Origin: a virus
Direction: 5' to 3' (one strand)
DNA: 64,000 nt
Virus record (IMG/VR): IMGVR_UViG_3300030333_006551
Span: 1-64,000 of that record
In this document: one piece after another, positions 1 through 10,626 of the stretch
Layout: every line of letters starts with the position of its first letter
Numbering within the stretch: position 1 is the first letter of the stretch
Notes under the pieces: generated by a model
What the model was told of the DNA's origin: nothing
Seen by the model: the letters and a program-made list of their open reading frames with translations, nothing else
The model's database searches: none
Translations under genes and position numbers: made by a program

Positions 1-1507
1 TGCTAATTCTGCCCCTGGGGCTGTATCTGTACTTCAGATGATTAATGAGGTAGGTGAACATGTCCGTGCTGGTAAGAATCGTAGAACTGCTCTTATGGGT
101 ATCCTTAATGTTACCCACCCTGATCTACTTGAGTTTTTGTCTGTAAAGTTAGATCAAGGACAACTCAATAACTTTAATATTTCTGTTGCGATTACCGATA
201 GGTTCTTGGAAGCAGTGGAGTTGGACGAGGAGTGGTACTTCTCCTTTAATAACAAGGAGTATCATTCATATGAGATGTTGCGTAACAATGATGAAATTAT
301 TTATGTCATTGGTTTAGATGAAGAGGACGCAACAGCCCGAGCAGAAAACTTTCACAAAAAAGACTGGAAAGATACTTTTGTTTGTCAGGGTCGTAAAGAC
401 ATTAAAGCCAGGGACTTATGGGATCTAATTTGGAAAAATTCCGTAGAATCTGGAGATCCTGGTATCTATAACATCGACTTGGCTAATAAATATACTAATG
501 TGTCGTATTTTGAAAGCCTTGATTCGACCAATCCTTGTGGGGAAATATCGCTCCCATCCTATGGAAACTGTTGCCTCGGTAATATTAATCTCAGCAATAT
601 GGTGCTTGATGACGGCACTGATGTTGATTGGAAGAGATTGGCTAAAACTGTTCGTACAGGGATTAGGTTTTTAGATAATGTTCTAACGGTCAACAATTTC
701 CCTACTGAGGAGTGTCGGACTGTCGCGCAGCGGTCCCGCAGAATTGGATTAGGTGTAACTGGTCTACATTACATGCTTATTAAACTGGGAATTAAGTACG
801 GTAGCGAAAAGTGCCTTGAGTTTTTAGACCGACTCTTTGCTACCATACGAGATGAGTCGTACAAAATGTCGATTTACCTCGCAAGGGACAAAGCCCCATT
901 CGCAGAGTTTGATTACAAAAAGTATCTAAATGAATCTTTTGCAAAAACCCTTCCTGCTCGTATCAGAATGCTTATCAAGCGATACGGGATTCGAAATGCT
1001 GTTATGCTTACTATCCCTCCTTGTGGTACTATCTCAATGCTCCACGGGGTTAGTTCTGGAATTGAGCCGATATTTGCTGCTATGTATAACAGGCGTTACC
1101 GCACTAACAATATTTGGAAGGAGCAATTAGTTGTCGATCCGTTATTCCAAGAGTTTTACGAAAAAGGAGTCCCGCTTGATAACTTTGTCGGAGCCTATGA
1201 TGTTGCGCCCGACGATCACATTAAAGTACAGGCGACGATTCAGAAGTACATCGACTCCTGCATTTCAAAAACAATCAACCTTCCCAGCACTGCGAAAGCT
1301 GAGGACTTTTCTCAAGCCGCTTTGGATTATGCTCCATACCTTAAAGGACTCACGGTTTATCGTGCTGGCTCGAAAGGTAATGAGCCTTTAGAGGCTATAC
1401 CCCTTACTCAAACCAATGTAGATAAATATATGAAGGGTAAGGATATAAAGTCGGAGGTACAGACTGGAGAAATGTGCTCACTTGCAGGCGGGGATTGTGG
1501 TGCTTAA
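1..1507 (+). CDS. nrdJ: Class II (adenosylcobalamin-dependent) ribonucleotide reductase, 5'-truncated by the window edge
   Basis: TNPCGEI active-site loop, RRIGLGVTG, PPCGTIS, SSGIEP and ISKTINLP. KGLTVYRAGS replaces the class I Tyr-Tyr pair, and there is a C-terminal Cys pair (CSLAGGDC). Confidence 0.9.
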   Translation, partial: ANSAPGAVSVLQMINEVGEHVRAGKNRRTALMGILNVTHPDLLEFLSVKLDQGQLNNFNISVAITDRFLEAVELDEEWYFSFNNKEYHSYEMLRNNDEIIYVIGLDEEDATARAENFHKKDWKDTFVCQGRKDIKARDLWDLIWKNSVESGDPGIYNIDLANKYTNVSYFESLDSTNPCGEISLPSYGNCCLGNINLSNMVLDDGTDVDWKRLAKTVRTGIRFLDNVLTVNNFPTEECRTVAQRSRRIGLGVTGLHYMLIKLGIKYGSEKCLEFLDRLFATIRDESYKMSIYLARDKAPFAEFDYKKYLNESFAKTLPARIRMLIKRYGIRNAVMLTIPPCGTISMLHGVSSGIEPIFAAMYNRRYRTNNIWKEQLVVDPLFQEFYEKGVPLDNFVGAYDVAPDDHIKVQATIQKYIDSCISKTINLPSTAKAEDFSQAALDYAPYLKGLTVYRAGSKGNEPLEAIPLTQTNVDKYMKGKDIKSEVQTGEMCSLAGGDCGA

Positions 1508-1768
1508 ATGACATATGTAATACAGGAACCTTGCGTAGGGGTTAAAGATACAGCATGCGTAGAAGTTTGTCCAGTGGACTGCATCCACGAAGCTGAACCA
1601 AAAGAAGATACTTCTAATCTTCCGATGTTTATTCATCCCGAAGAATGCATCGACTGTGGTGCTTGTGAACCAGAATGTCCAGTAGATGCAATAAGGCAAG
1701 AAGATGAGTCGGAAGATAGATGGATCCAACTTAATGCTTTGTTGGCAGACGAGTATGATAACTCTTAG
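1508..1768 (+). CDS. fdxA: Dicluster (7Fe/8Fe) ferredoxin
   Basis: MTYVIQEPC...[10 protein letters not shown] and [13 protein letters not shown] motifs. Confidence 0.93.
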   Translation: MTYVIQEPCVGVKDTACVEVCPVDCIHEAEPKEDTSNLPMFIHPEECIDCGACEPECPVDAIRQEDESEDRWIQLNALLADEYDNS

Positions 1769-2066
1769 TAAAAAAGCACAAGCAGAAGTTAATAGGATTG
1801 TTACCGAACAAAATTTAGGTAGTGTTTTTCTTCGTGTAGGTGTTAAGGGTGGAGGGTGTAGTGGATTTTCATACACTTTAGGTTTTGATGATAATAAGAC
1901 AGAGTTAGATATGCAGTATGGCAATATAATATGCGATCCTAAATCTTTTTTGTATTTGAATGGTACAGAGGTTGATTTTGAGGAAAGCCTTATGGGTAGA
2001 GGGTTTAAATTTGAAAATCCTTCAGCGTCAAAAACCTGTGGTTGTGGGGAGTCATTTAGTGTATAA
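1755..2066 (+). CDS. iscA: HesB/IscA-family A-type Fe-S cluster carrier
   Basis: [15 protein letters not shown] and C-terminal CGCGESF; start moved to ATG 1755 (MITLS). Confidence 0.93.
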   Translation: MITLSKKAQAEVNRIVTEQNLGSVFLRVGVKGGGCSGFSYTLGFDDNKTELDMQYGNIICDPKSFLYLNGTEVDFEESLMGRGFKFENPSASKTCGCGESFSV

Positions 2067-2165
2067 ACGAGACGATCAAGTAACACGGGACATTATAGTT
2101 TTAGCTTTACTGTATGCTACTTTAGGCTCACTACTTTTATATGGGTTGTTTGAGTGGTTAGGGTA

Positions 2166-2609
2166 ATGGGGTTCTTTCTCAGTTTGTTAACTGCCTGTCT
2201 ACCTCCAATGATGGAGCATACTTTTATGGTGGACTCTGCCATTGAGTGGGTAGCTGATGCGGAGGATAATATTTGCGGCTTAAGCGACCTAAGAATGATT
2301 CGCCAGCCTGGAGTGGTAGATTGGTTAGCTTTAATGAATGCCACATCAGAGATTAAAAAAATTAACAGAGAAGGTATTAAAAGGGACAGCCCTGAGGGTA
2401 TAATATTAATCACAAAAGCAGAAGAAAAATGTAGAATAGCTTGTGTGAAGCAGATGCGTAAAACTAAGGTAGATAGTATGTGGAAAAGGATAACACATCA
2501 AAGTAAGCTTCCTTGGGAGCAAACTGATGCTGTGATTGATATTATAAAGAACGAACAGAAGAAATCTGTATTATTTAAGTGGAAAGCTAAAGGAGCTATA
2601 ACTCCGTAA
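2166..2609 (+). CDS. Hypothetical protein, possible lipoprotein
   Basis: Short hydrophobic N-terminus followed by LTAC. Confidence 0.5.
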   Translation: MGFFLSLLTACLPPMMEHTFMVDSAIEWVADAEDNICGLSDLRMIRQPGVVDWLALMNATSEIKKINREGIKRDSPEGIILITKAEEKCRIACVKQMRKTKVDSMWKRITHQSKLPWEQTDAVIDIIKNEQKKSVLFKWKAKGAITP

Positions 2610-2662
2610 AGAAACAATCTTTTTTTGCCTAACGTAGCCCCTATATAAAGGGGAGAAATACT

Positions 2663-3547
2663 ATGGCAAACTTTTTCGGAACACAACAACCACAAGCTCC
2701 AGGGACATCCCCAGACCGTACCCCCGTTGACTCAAGATGCTATTGCACTGATGTTTGTAATAACGTTATTAGTATAAATGTCAATAAAAAACTACCTGAG
2801 GGTTCTTCAGCGGGTACAGGAGAGTTCACTCAAGCAGGGATGATTAGAAGCATTAAAGTAATGTTTAGTGTAAAGCAGTTTCGTGACTGTACTCTTTGGG
2901 CAGATATTGAGAATCCAGATCAGGAATGTTTTAATTCTTCTACAACAAATGCATCTTCTCCTTTAGGCACTCCTACTGGAGGAGGGATGAGAGAAGCTTC
3001 ATGTAATATTAGAAGCAGCGCCATCATTAAAAAAATCTTAGGTTTCACAGATACAGGAGTTTGTTCTGATATAGCTGAATGTGCAGACAATTTAGATATG
3101 ACTTGTGGTTCTACTGAGCTTGTAGGCCACTGCAAGCAGGAATGCAAAATAAGTATACGGTATGCAAGACCTACTTCTCAACCATTTGGAGAACCACAAA
3201 CTCCTCGCGCTGTAGAGTTTAGAAAAGAATGTGCTGGTAAAGATTCAGGTTGGAAAGATACTGCTGAACAAGCTGGTCTTACCTCAGAAAACGATCAAGG
3301 TATCATTGATATTTTAGAGGATAGTTCTTACTTTGATAACGATGATGTAGTTAACACACAATTTCCTGCTACTATACCTCATGGTACTACATTTGGTAAT
3401 GATTTGGCACAAGATTTAGTATCAGGCGGAAACGATGCATCGAAAGCAATTTGCGGTATGCTTAAGCAAATGCAAAAAGATTGCCAAACAACTGGGTATG
3501 ATCAAATTGAACTTTGCTGCAAGTGTGAAGAAGAGGAAATAGGATAA
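2663..3547 (+). CDS. Cys-rich hypothetical protein (FFG-leader family)
   Basis: GGAG RBS; MANFFGT start; CxCx3C near the N-terminus, CCxC at the end; 17 Cys. Confidence 0.75.
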   Translation: MANFFGTQQPQAPGTSPDRTPVDSRCYCTDVCNNVISINVNKKLPEGSSAGTGEFTQAGMIRSIKVMFSVKQFRDCTLWADIENPDQECFNSSTTNASSPLGTPTGGGMREASCNIRSSAIIKKILGFTDTGVCSDIAECADNLDMTCGSTELVGHCKQECKISIRYARPTSQPFGEPQTPRAVEFRKECAGKDSGWKDTAEQAGLTSENDQGIIDILEDSSYFDNDDVVNTQFPATIPHGTTFGNDLAQDLVSGGNDASKAICGMLKQMQKDCQTTGYDQIELCCKCEEEEIG

Positions 3548-4542
3548 TGGTTTTTTTCGGAGTGCATGGAGATGGGATCCCACCTGGGACAGGCACTGGT
3601 ACAAGAACATGTGAGTGTTTACAGAGATGTACGTTTTCATTTAAGATAACATTAGAAAGCACGAAAGGGATACAAAGGCGAGGCTTTGCAGGTAGATCTC
3701 GCGGTCAGGATCCAGGGGGCCCTCCAGGTGCTGGAAAGCCAAAAACAGACCACCTAGAAGATAGACGGACTGTTATTATTGATGTCAAAAAAAGAATAGA
3801 AGACTTCTGTGTCAATAAAGGAGAGGCTGACCAACTATTAGCACAACAAGGCCCAATTTCCTCCAAACTTCCTGAATGTTTAAAGAGTGCTGATGGTGAG
3901 GTTATTAATAGTTCTCGCGGTAGCGAATTTTCTTTATCCCGAGTGCTAGAGGGAAAAATTGAAAGGCTACGAAAGAAAGAATTTTCTTCTGAATGCTGCG
4001 CTCCTACCTTTGAAGGAGAGCGATTAAAATGCCTTACAGTTTGTAATGGTGTGATTCAATCTCAATCTGAAAATGTAAAATGCGTCGATGATTGTGCAAA
4101 ATTAAAACGAATAGAGAGAAGAAGAAGTGGCGCTATTTCACCTCAGGAAAATGATCCATTCAAAAAAGGCTATAATTGGTCTATCTGTGAAATGGAGCAA
4201 GAAGGAATTAGCCAACACACAAGAACCATTACTTGTACAAATACACATCAAGGTGATAATTTAACACCTCCTCCTGCGTCTCAGACTGATTCTGATTTGA
4301 TTGATGTGCTTGATATGGACGAGATGGATGGAGACGAGACTGAAGGCATGGACTGGATGGGTGACGAAATGACCTCTAGAAGAGATACAAAAAACTTTGG
4401 AAGGAAAGTTCGTAATGCATTGCGCTCAAGTGATTGCGATTCTAATTCCCCAAGTGGTAGGATAAAAAAAGCATTCTGCGCTACAATAGAGGAGTTGATG
4501 TCTGAGTGCGCTGTGTCTGATAAATGCTGCGATTGCTGCTAA
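3547..4542 (+). CDS. Cys-rich hypothetical protein, paralogue of 2663..3547
   Basis: MVFFG start; CxCx3C; C-terminal AFC...C...CCDCC; 20 Cys. Confidence 0.75.
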   Translation: MVFFGVHGDGIPPGTGTGTRTCECLQRCTFSFKITLESTKGIQRRGFAGRSRGQDPGGPPGAGKPKTDHLEDRRTVIIDVKKRIEDFCVNKGEADQLLAQQGPISSKLPECLKSADGEVINSSRGSEFSLSRVLEGKIERLRKKEFSSECCAPTFEGERLKCLTVCNGVIQSQSENVKCVDDCAKLKRIERRRSGAISPQENDPFKKGYNWSICEMEQEGISQHTRTITCTNTHQGDNLTPPPASQTDSDLIDVLDMDEMDGDETEGMDWMGDEMTSRRDTKNFGRKVRNALRSSDCDSNSPSGRIKKAFCATIEELMSECAVSDKCCDCC

Positions 4543-4583
4543 GACTAATATTTAGTTACTATTATTATAGTAGAGGTATTATA

Positions 4584-5048
4584 ATGGCAAAATTCGACTA
4601 TTTATGTAAAGACTGTGGTGTTATTTGGGAGCGCGAGGCTCCTGTAGGGAAAGCTCCTAAAAAAACCAAATGCCCTAAAAAATGTGGTAAATTCGGTAAT
4701 AGGTATTATGGTTCACAACTGCCTAATTTTAACTGGGGGACCGATACTGATTTCCATACTGTGAGGGCTAGGAATAAAGAATACGATCTCAAGGGGATGA
4801 ATAAACAGGAAGCAGACAAATTCTTAAAGGATTCGATTGAAAGGTCAGAAAGAGCGATAAAGAAAGGATGGCAGCACTATTCTAGAGTAACCCCTAATGG
4901 CGAAGAATTCGTAAAGGAAGGCAAAGCTAGAAGGAGAACTGAGGAAGAATTCACAGATGCTATTAATAATGCTAAACAATTGACGAGAGACAACTATAAC
5001 AATGTGGGCCGAGATCCAGGTAAATTAGACTTCGATAAACCACAGTAG
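4584..5048 (+). CDS. FmdB-like zinc-ribbon protein
   Basis: FDYLCKDCG ... KCPKKCG; GAGG RBS before ATG 4584. Confidence 0.65.
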   Translation: MAKFDYLCKDCGVIWEREAPVGKAPKKTKCPKKCGKFGNRYYGSQLPNFNWGTDTDFHTVRARNKEYDLKGMNKQEADKFLKDSIERSERAIKKGWQHYSRVTPNGEEFVKEGKARRRTEEEFTDAINNAKQLTRDNYNNVGRDPGKLDFDKPQ

Positions 5049-5050
5049 AA

Positions 5051-6352
5051 ATGAAATACGATTTTAGCGAGAATATCCAACGAGGTATTCTCTTCCTCTC
5101 CAAGTACAATAGAGATTTTTATCTTCAGATTGCCTCTCTAGTGAAGGAGGAATATTTTGAATTCCCGATTCATGGCAAACTTTTCTCAACCATTAGGATT
5201 CACTACGACAAGTATAGTAGTCTTCCTACTGATGATTTTCTGGTAGAAGAAGTTAAGAATGTTAAAGAAGGTAAGGAACAGCTTTCAGACTATGTTGATG
5301 AGTTACATTACATCAACAGCATGGATACCTCTTCTATTGATAATGTTGAGTTCTATCTGGACATAGTAGAATCTTTTGCTAGAAAAGAGGCTATGAAATC
5401 AGCCATTACTGAAAGTATTGGACTGATGAAGGATGATAAGATTGATGAGATTGAATCCGTAGTCAGAAAGGCGCTAACGGTTAACAGAAATGTTGATTAT
5501 GGACACCTATACTTTGATGGCATTAAAGAGAGGTTTGAGCGTATCTTTATGGAGGCTGAAGGTGAACGCTTTAGCTTGGTTTTTCCGACTCTAAATAGAG
5601 AACTAGAGGGTGGACTTAGCAGAAAAGAGTTAGCTATGGTAGTTGCTCCTCCAGGTGTGGGTAAATCCCTGTATCTTGTTAACCAAGGCGTCCAAGCGTT
5701 GATGGAGAATAAGAAGGTTCTTTACATCTCTCTCGAAATGAGTGAAGACAAAATTGCTCAAAGATTTGATTCTGTAACCACTCTTATCCAGCAGAGAAAC
5801 TTAAAAGAGAAGTACCATATCGTTAGTGAGAGGCTTCAAGTCTTTAAAGACGAGTTTCCCGAGAGTCGTTTGATTATCAAAGAATTCCCTACGGGCTTGG
5901 CAACTGTTAATGCGATACGATCTTTGATGGTTCAGCTAAAGAATTACGAAGACTTTGTACCTGATATTATCCTCTTAGATTATCTGGAGCTTATGCGACC
6001 TACACGCGAAGGATTAGCTGAGTATCAAGCACAACAAAGAATTAGTGAAGAGCTTCGGGGTTTAGCGGTTGAAAATAATATTCTGGTTTGGACTGCAACG
6101 CAAACTAACAGACAGGGAAGATCAGTAAAATTGATTACAGACGCGGAATTGGCTGATGCGTATGGTAAGATTCGTACTTGTGACTATGCCGTATCCTTAA
6201 ATCAAACAGAGGAAGAATTTGATGAAGGTAGGATGCGAGCTTATGTAATGAAATCCAGAAACGGCAAGCAAAGATTTGTTGTTCCTGTTAATATTGATTA
6301 CAGCATACTACGACTAACAGAAGGCGAAGATTATTTCGATGACGAAGAGTAA
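5051..6352 (+). CDS. DnaB-like replicative helicase (T4 gp41-like)
   Basis: Walker A APPGVGKS, YISLEMSE, IIKEFPTG, LLDYLEL, WTATQTNR, KSRNG. Confidence 0.92.
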   Translation: MKYDFSENIQRGILFLSKYNRDFYLQIASLVKEEYFEFPIHGKLFSTIRIHYDKYSSLPTDDFLVEEVKNVKEGKEQLSDYVDELHYINSMDTSSIDNVEFYLDIVESFARKEAMKSAITESIGLMKDDKIDEIESVVRKALTVNRNVDYGHLYFDGIKERFERIFMEAEGERFSLVFPTLNRELEGGLSRKELAMVVAPPGVGKSLYLVNQGVQALMENKKVLYISLEMSEDKIAQRFDSVTTLIQQRNLKEKYHIVSERLQVFKDEFPESRLIIKEFPTGLATVNAIRSLMVQLKNYEDFVPDIILLDYLELMRPTREGLAEYQAQQRISEELRGLAVENNILVWTATQTNRQGRSVKLITDAELADAYGKIRTCDYAVSLNQTEEEFDEGRMRAYVMKSRNGKQRFVVPVNIDYSILRLTEGEDYFDDEE

Positions 6353-6725
6353 TCACATTTTTGATAAAATCAAAGATAACCCAAAGCTTCAAAAAGTTAA
6401 TGTAGGTTGGGCTACTTTTGATATTGTATTTAAGAAAGGTTTAAAATCAGGCTCTTCAAACTGTTGGGGAACCTGTGACTTTGATACCTATCAAATCCAC
6501 CTTGAAGATAAAATAGAATCCGCCCCCGCCCGAGAGACCCTCTTTCATGAGATATGTCATGCATATCTAGAGCTTTGTGGCATGGGTGGTGAAGGTGAGG
6601 GAGAAGATGAAGAATATGTGTATACTTCTAACGAGAGACTGACTATTACAGTCTCCCGAGCAATTATGATGTTTGCTCGACTAAACCCAGAATTATCAAA
6701 GGAGCTTTTATATGAGCAGGGCTGA
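6339..6725 (+). CDS. Small zincin-like metallopeptidase-domain protein
   Basis: ETLFHEICHA (HExxH) motif. Confidence 0.6.
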   Translation: MTKSNHIFDKIKDNPKLQKVNVGWATFDIVFKKGLKSGSSNCWGTCDFDTYQIHLEDKIESAPARETLFHEICHAYLELCGMGGEGEGEDEEYVYTSNERLTITVSRAIMMFARLNPELSKELLYEQG

Positions 6726-7161
6726 TGACTTACTTCTAGCGTATCAAGATTTGGATTGGGATCTGTTTGTAGACATTTCTGATTCTATCATAAAAATTAA
6801 CGACAGAGATATTGATAATGAGCTAATAAAACATGCAAGTCAGTTTTCGTACTATAGTGGACTTTGCGATCTAGCTAAAAAAGATGTTGAGCAATCTTCA
6901 CTAAGAGTTACTCAATTCGCATCTGAAACCAGGAAAGAGTACTCTATCCGCTGTAAAGCTGAGGGGAAGAAAGCTACTGCTAAAGATTTGGATGATTATG
7001 TTTTTTCTCATACTACCTACATAGAATTAAGCACTATTCTTAATGAGTCTATGCATAAACTTAACCTTTTGAAGAGTTTAGTTCAAGCGTTCATCCACAG
7101 AAAAGATATGCTTATTCAGCTTTCGGCCAATGGTCGAGCGGAAAAAAATATATATTCGTAA
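6712..7161 (+). CDS. Probable UvsY-like recombination mediator
   Basis: 149-aa helical protein between the helicase and gp32; C-terminal AFIHRKDMLIQL resembles UvsY-like proteins. Confidence 0.55.
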   Translation: MSRADDLLLAYQDLDWDLFVDISDSIIKINDRDIDNELIKHASQFSYYSGLCDLAKKDVEQSSLRVTQFASETRKEYSIRCKAEGKKATAKDLDDYVFSHTTYIELSTILNESMHKLNLLKSLVQAFIHRKDMLIQLSANGRAEKNIYS

Positions 7162-7229
7162 CAATAATTTAATTAACTGGGTATAATAGCCTAACCAACA
7201 AACTGTCTACTACGACACAGGAGAAAACA

Positions 7230-7973
7230 ATGGCAATTGATTTAGATAAAATTAGAGCTATGCATGAGAAGCTATCCAACCCCACATCGGGAGGCTCTAG
7301 CGACTTTAGCAATAACTTCGTCCAACTTCAAGAGGGGACAACAGTTCTACGGATCCTACCTCCCAAGGAGGACGATCTGGACTTCTACGCGATGACAAAG
7401 ATTCACCGCGTACCTACTAGCGATGGGAATGTTAAGAACATTCATTGCCGTCAGGTTCATGGAGAGCAGTGCCCCATTTGTAACCTTTACTATTCTTTGT
7501 GGAAAGAGCCTACAAAGGATGAGAATTTGGCTCGACAAATTAAAGGTCGAGACCGCTACTACATGAATGTAGTTGAGCGCGAAACAGGTGATGTTAAGAT
7601 TCTTTCAGTAGGAATTATCCTCTTTAAGAAGATCATTGCTGCTATGTGTGATCCTGATTACGGTGATATTACCGATCTTAAGGATGGTCATGACTTTAAG
7701 ATTATTAAAGTTATGGAGGGCCAGTGGCCTAAGTACGACCAGTCTGCGCCTCGTCCTAAGCCTTCTGAAGCTGGCTCTGGGCAAGAGACTGCTGCGTGGA
7801 TGGAATCTCTTCATGATATTTACTCCCTTGTTAAGCTGGAGGATTATGAAGAACTAAAGCAGATCGCTGAAAGCATCAATCCGTTTTCTGCGGTAGAAAG
7901 ATCTGCTAACGATAATCATCAAACTTCAAATGACGCCTCTGATGATGATTATATGAAGAGGCTACAATCATGA
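7230..7973 (+). CDS. Single-stranded DNA-binding protein (T4 gp32-like)
   Basis: MAIDLDKIR start, LRILPP, H..C...CPIC Zn site, RYYMNVV, YGDITD..DGHDF, acidic tail. Confidence 0.88.
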   Translation: MAIDLDKIRAMHEKLSNPTSGGSSDFSNNFVQLQEGTTVLRILPPKEDDLDFYAMTKIHRVPTSDGNVKNIHCRQVHGEQCPICNLYYSLWKEPTKDENLARQIKGRDRYYMNVVERETGDVKILSVGIILFKKIIAAMCDPDYGDITDLKDGHDFKIIKVMEGQWPKYDQSAPRPKPSEAGSGQETAAWMESLHDIYSLVKLEDYEELKQIAESINPFSAVERSANDNHQTSNDASDDDYMKRLQS

Positions 7974-8356
7974 AAAATACTATGTATATGATCAGTTTTG
8001 CAGCTATACTCGGAATGGGCTTAACTTCCTGTTCTATGGTCGAGGGCTTTTTAGGAGAAGGAACTACTGATTCTCCTGGAGGTTTCCTAGATACTCTGTG
8101 GGCTATGTTGAAGGGTTTCCTTCCTAGTCTAGCTGCATGGGAAGGGGTTGGATCTGTTTTTAGCCCAAGAAAGAGGCAACACTACTCTAATATGGTTATG
8201 GCAGTCGTTCCTCTAAATAAGAATGTTGAGTTTGGTGAAGCGATTAAGTCTCTAGGTTCTGGCTTAGGTCTTTCTCATTCCTCAGAGGCAACAAAAGCTA
8301 CTAATGATAAAGAAGTAGCTGATAACAAAAAAGAAGCACTTAAGGAGAAAGCGTGA
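7970..8356 (+). CDS. Putative lipoprotein
   Basis: Signal peptide with LTSC lipobox. Confidence 0.55.
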   Translation: MKNTMYMISFAAILGMGLTSCSMVEGFLGEGTTDSPGGFLDTLWAMLKGFLPSLAAWEGVGSVFSPRKRQHYSNMVMAVVPLNKNVEFGEAIKSLGSGLGLSHSSEATKATNDKEVADNKKEALKEKA

Positions 8357-8577
8357 TGGAAGCAAAAGCTGAAGAATTTCTTAAAACTATGCTTACAGGA
8401 TACACCCAAAATGTGATGCAAGTTACTGACTACATTGCTAATACTGAGCAGCAACTCGAAGGAGCCAAAGCCCAGAAAGCAGATATGGAAGAGAAGGTCG
8501 CAGAGCTTGAAGAACTTTTAGGCATCGAAGAGGATGAGCAAGATTTAGAAGAAGAAACTAATGAAGATGAGGATTAA
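8353..8577 (+). CDS. Small acidic coiled-coil protein
   Basis: GGAG RBS, GTGA overlap with the upstream stop, heptad pattern. Confidence 0.6.
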   Translation: MMEAKAEEFLKTMLTGYTQNVMQVTDYIANTEQQLEGAKAQKADMEEKVAELEELLGIEEDEQDLEEETNEDED

Positions 8578-8607
8578 TCTTTATTAATAAAGATTAATGG
8601 CTATAAT

Positions 8608-8637
8608 ATAGGGAGCTTCGGCTCCCTATATTTTTAT
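8608..8637 (+). terminator. Intrinsic terminator-like hairpin
   Basis: ATAGGGAGC-TTCG-GCTCCCTAT followed by ATTTTTA. Confidence 0.7.
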
Positions 8638-8638
8638 T

Positions 8639-9850
8639 ATGGATAGATTAAAGATACTTGTTGTTCCTGCTAATGATGGAGGGTGTGCTTATTACCGAGC
8701 ATGGGCTCCGTTTCAAAAGCTCCAAGAGTTGTATCCTCATTTGCTAGAAATGAGGTTTGATAAAAATCCCTTAGGGATCATAGAAGAAGGGGAAAAAGCA
8801 GGGCAGTGGAAAGAAGACTGGGACTTCGAGAATATGAAATGGGCAGATGTAGTGTTTGTTCATAACATTTGTAACTGGGGGGCGCAATACACAGGGAGAG
8901 TAATAGGCAAAGCAAAAGAGTTTGGTAAATTTGTTCATTATGATACTGATGATTTGTTAACCGAACTATATGACGGGCATAGGTTAAAGAAGGTATATGA
9001 AGAACAGGGACTGTCAGACATCACAAAATTTTACTACAATAATTCTGACCTTGTTACGGTTACGCAGATAAAGTTTGCTGAGAGAGTTAAAGAGTTTTGT
9101 AGTGGAATTCTTGCAGTAGTAAAGAACGCAATTGATTATAATTTAAATTGTTGGAATGTTCCAAAAGCACCCTCTCCTAGGAAAAGGTTTGTTAGAATTG
9201 GATGGGCTGGCGGAATTCATCACGAAGAGGACGTAAAAGAGTTTGCTGGAGTTCCTCATTTCGTAAACCAAAAAGTTGGGCGAGAGAATGTTAGCTGGGA
9301 CTTTTATGGAAGACCTCCCGTTCCCGAAGGCCAGAAAAAAGATTGGCAGCACGATGTTTGGGATAACTACGAGCGTATTTTGATGCGTGGGTTTAAAGGC
9401 GCTCGAAACTATAATATCTTTAATGCTCTTCCCGCAGATCATTACGGTGCTATCTACTCTCGTATGGATATTGCTATAGCACCCCTTCAAATGAACCCCT
9501 TTAATGATTCAAAATCTGAAATTAAAGTAGCTGAGTGTGGCCGATATTCCGTACCCTTGATCGCTTCAGATGTGGGATGTTACAACGAGACTATTCAGAA
9601 TGGCGTTACTGGATACCTTGTTAGCCCAGAAGCCCCTAAATCTGAATGGGTAAAAGTACTAACTAAAGTTATTAGAGATAAAAAGCATAGAATTAATATG
9701 GGACAAAATCTAAACAAACTTTCAGACATGTACTTCGATTTAAATAAGGTTGCTGTAAAAAGATTAGAATTGTACAGAGAATGCTTTAAAGTTAGAGAAT
9801 ATGACGAGCTATACAAAAAATTAGAAAATTATGAGCAAACCCTTTATTAA
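8639..9850 (+). CDS. Glycosyltransferase, GT-B fold (GT4-like)
   Basis: GCAYYR, YDTDDL, RIGWAGG, DIAIAPL..NPFNDSKSEIKVAE, IASDVG. Confidence 0.88.
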   Translation: MDRLKILVVPANDGGCAYYRAWAPFQKLQELYPHLLEMRFDKNPLGIIEEGEKAGQWKEDWDFENMKWADVVFVHNICNWGAQYTGRVIGKAKEFGKFVHYDTDDLLTELYDGHRLKKVYEEQGLSDITKFYYNNSDLVTVTQIKFAERVKEFCSGILAVVKNAIDYNLNCWNVPKAPSPRKRFVRIGWAGGIHHEEDVKEFAGVPHFVNQKVGRENVSWDFYGRPPVPEGQKKDWQHDVWDNYERILMRGFKGARNYNIFNALPADHYGAIYSRMDIAIAPLQMNPFNDSKSEIKVAECGRYSVPLIASDVGCYNETIQNGVTGYLVSPEAPKSEWVKVLTKVIRDKKHRINMGQNLNKLSDMYFDLNKVAVKRLELYRECFKVREYDELYKKLENYEQTLY

Positions 9851-10625
9851 AATTCTTAGTGGTTGGTCGAACCCTGGAGGATCAACTACCGCTTTCATTA
9901 ATCTATGTAATATGTTTAATGATAATGGGATTGATTGTGTCTTTTATGGTCCCCATGCATGGCATATGGATAAGTGTCGTGCGCTGCCTTTAGATCAGGC
10001 AGGAGCAAATCCTGACGATAATGTTATTTTTCATTTTATAAATGTTGGGAATAAGTATCCTGTGAGGAAGATGGTGTATTCATGCCATGAGACAGATTTG
10101 AGGCCCGTTAAGGAGATCGTCCCTTTGGCTATTTATAACTTTATTCACTATGTCTCTGATTTCCAAAAAGATTGGCATGATGTGGATAAGTCTTCAGTGG
10201 TCATTCCGAATGTTCTTTCTGATCTAAAGAAGAAGTTATACAAGGATAGCAGTGTCGCTGGAGTAATAGGAAGTATAGACTCACATAAGAGACCCCATTT
10301 ATCAATCAAGAGGGCTTTAGAAGATGGGTTTAAAGAAGTGCATTTATACGGGGCTGTAACAGAGGTTGATTACTTTAAAAATGAAGTACAGCCCTTATTA
10401 AATGATAAAGTTGTGTGGAAAGAATACACAGAAGACAAGCAAGCTATGTATGATTCGCTTCATTCTGTATATCATTCTTCCAAGAGAGAAACCTTTAATT
10501 ATATTAAAGCAGAGTGTGAGCAAACGGGAACATCTTACTTAGGGTTAGACGAAAACGATCCTAACGCTACTTATATGGATAAGAAAGAAATCTTAGAATT
10601 ATGGAAGGAGGCATTGGAGCTATAA
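9831..10625 (+). CDS. Glycosyltransferase, GT-B-like
   Basis: PGGST, HET, VVIPN, IGSIDSHKR, SKRETF. Confidence 0.75.
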   Translation: MSKPFIKILSGWSNPGGSTTAFINLCNMFNDNGIDCVFYGPHAWHMDKCRALPLDQAGANPDDNVIFHFINVGNKYPVRKMVYSCHETDLRPVKEIVPLAIYNFIHYVSDFQKDWHDVDKSSVVIPNVLSDLKKKLYKDSSVAGVIGSIDSHKRPHLSIKRALEDGFKEVHLYGAVTEVDYFKNEVQPLLNDKVVWKEYTEDKQAMYDSLHSVYHSSKRETFNYIKAECEQTGTSYLGLDENDPNATYMDKKEILELWKEALEL

Positions 10626-10626
10626 A

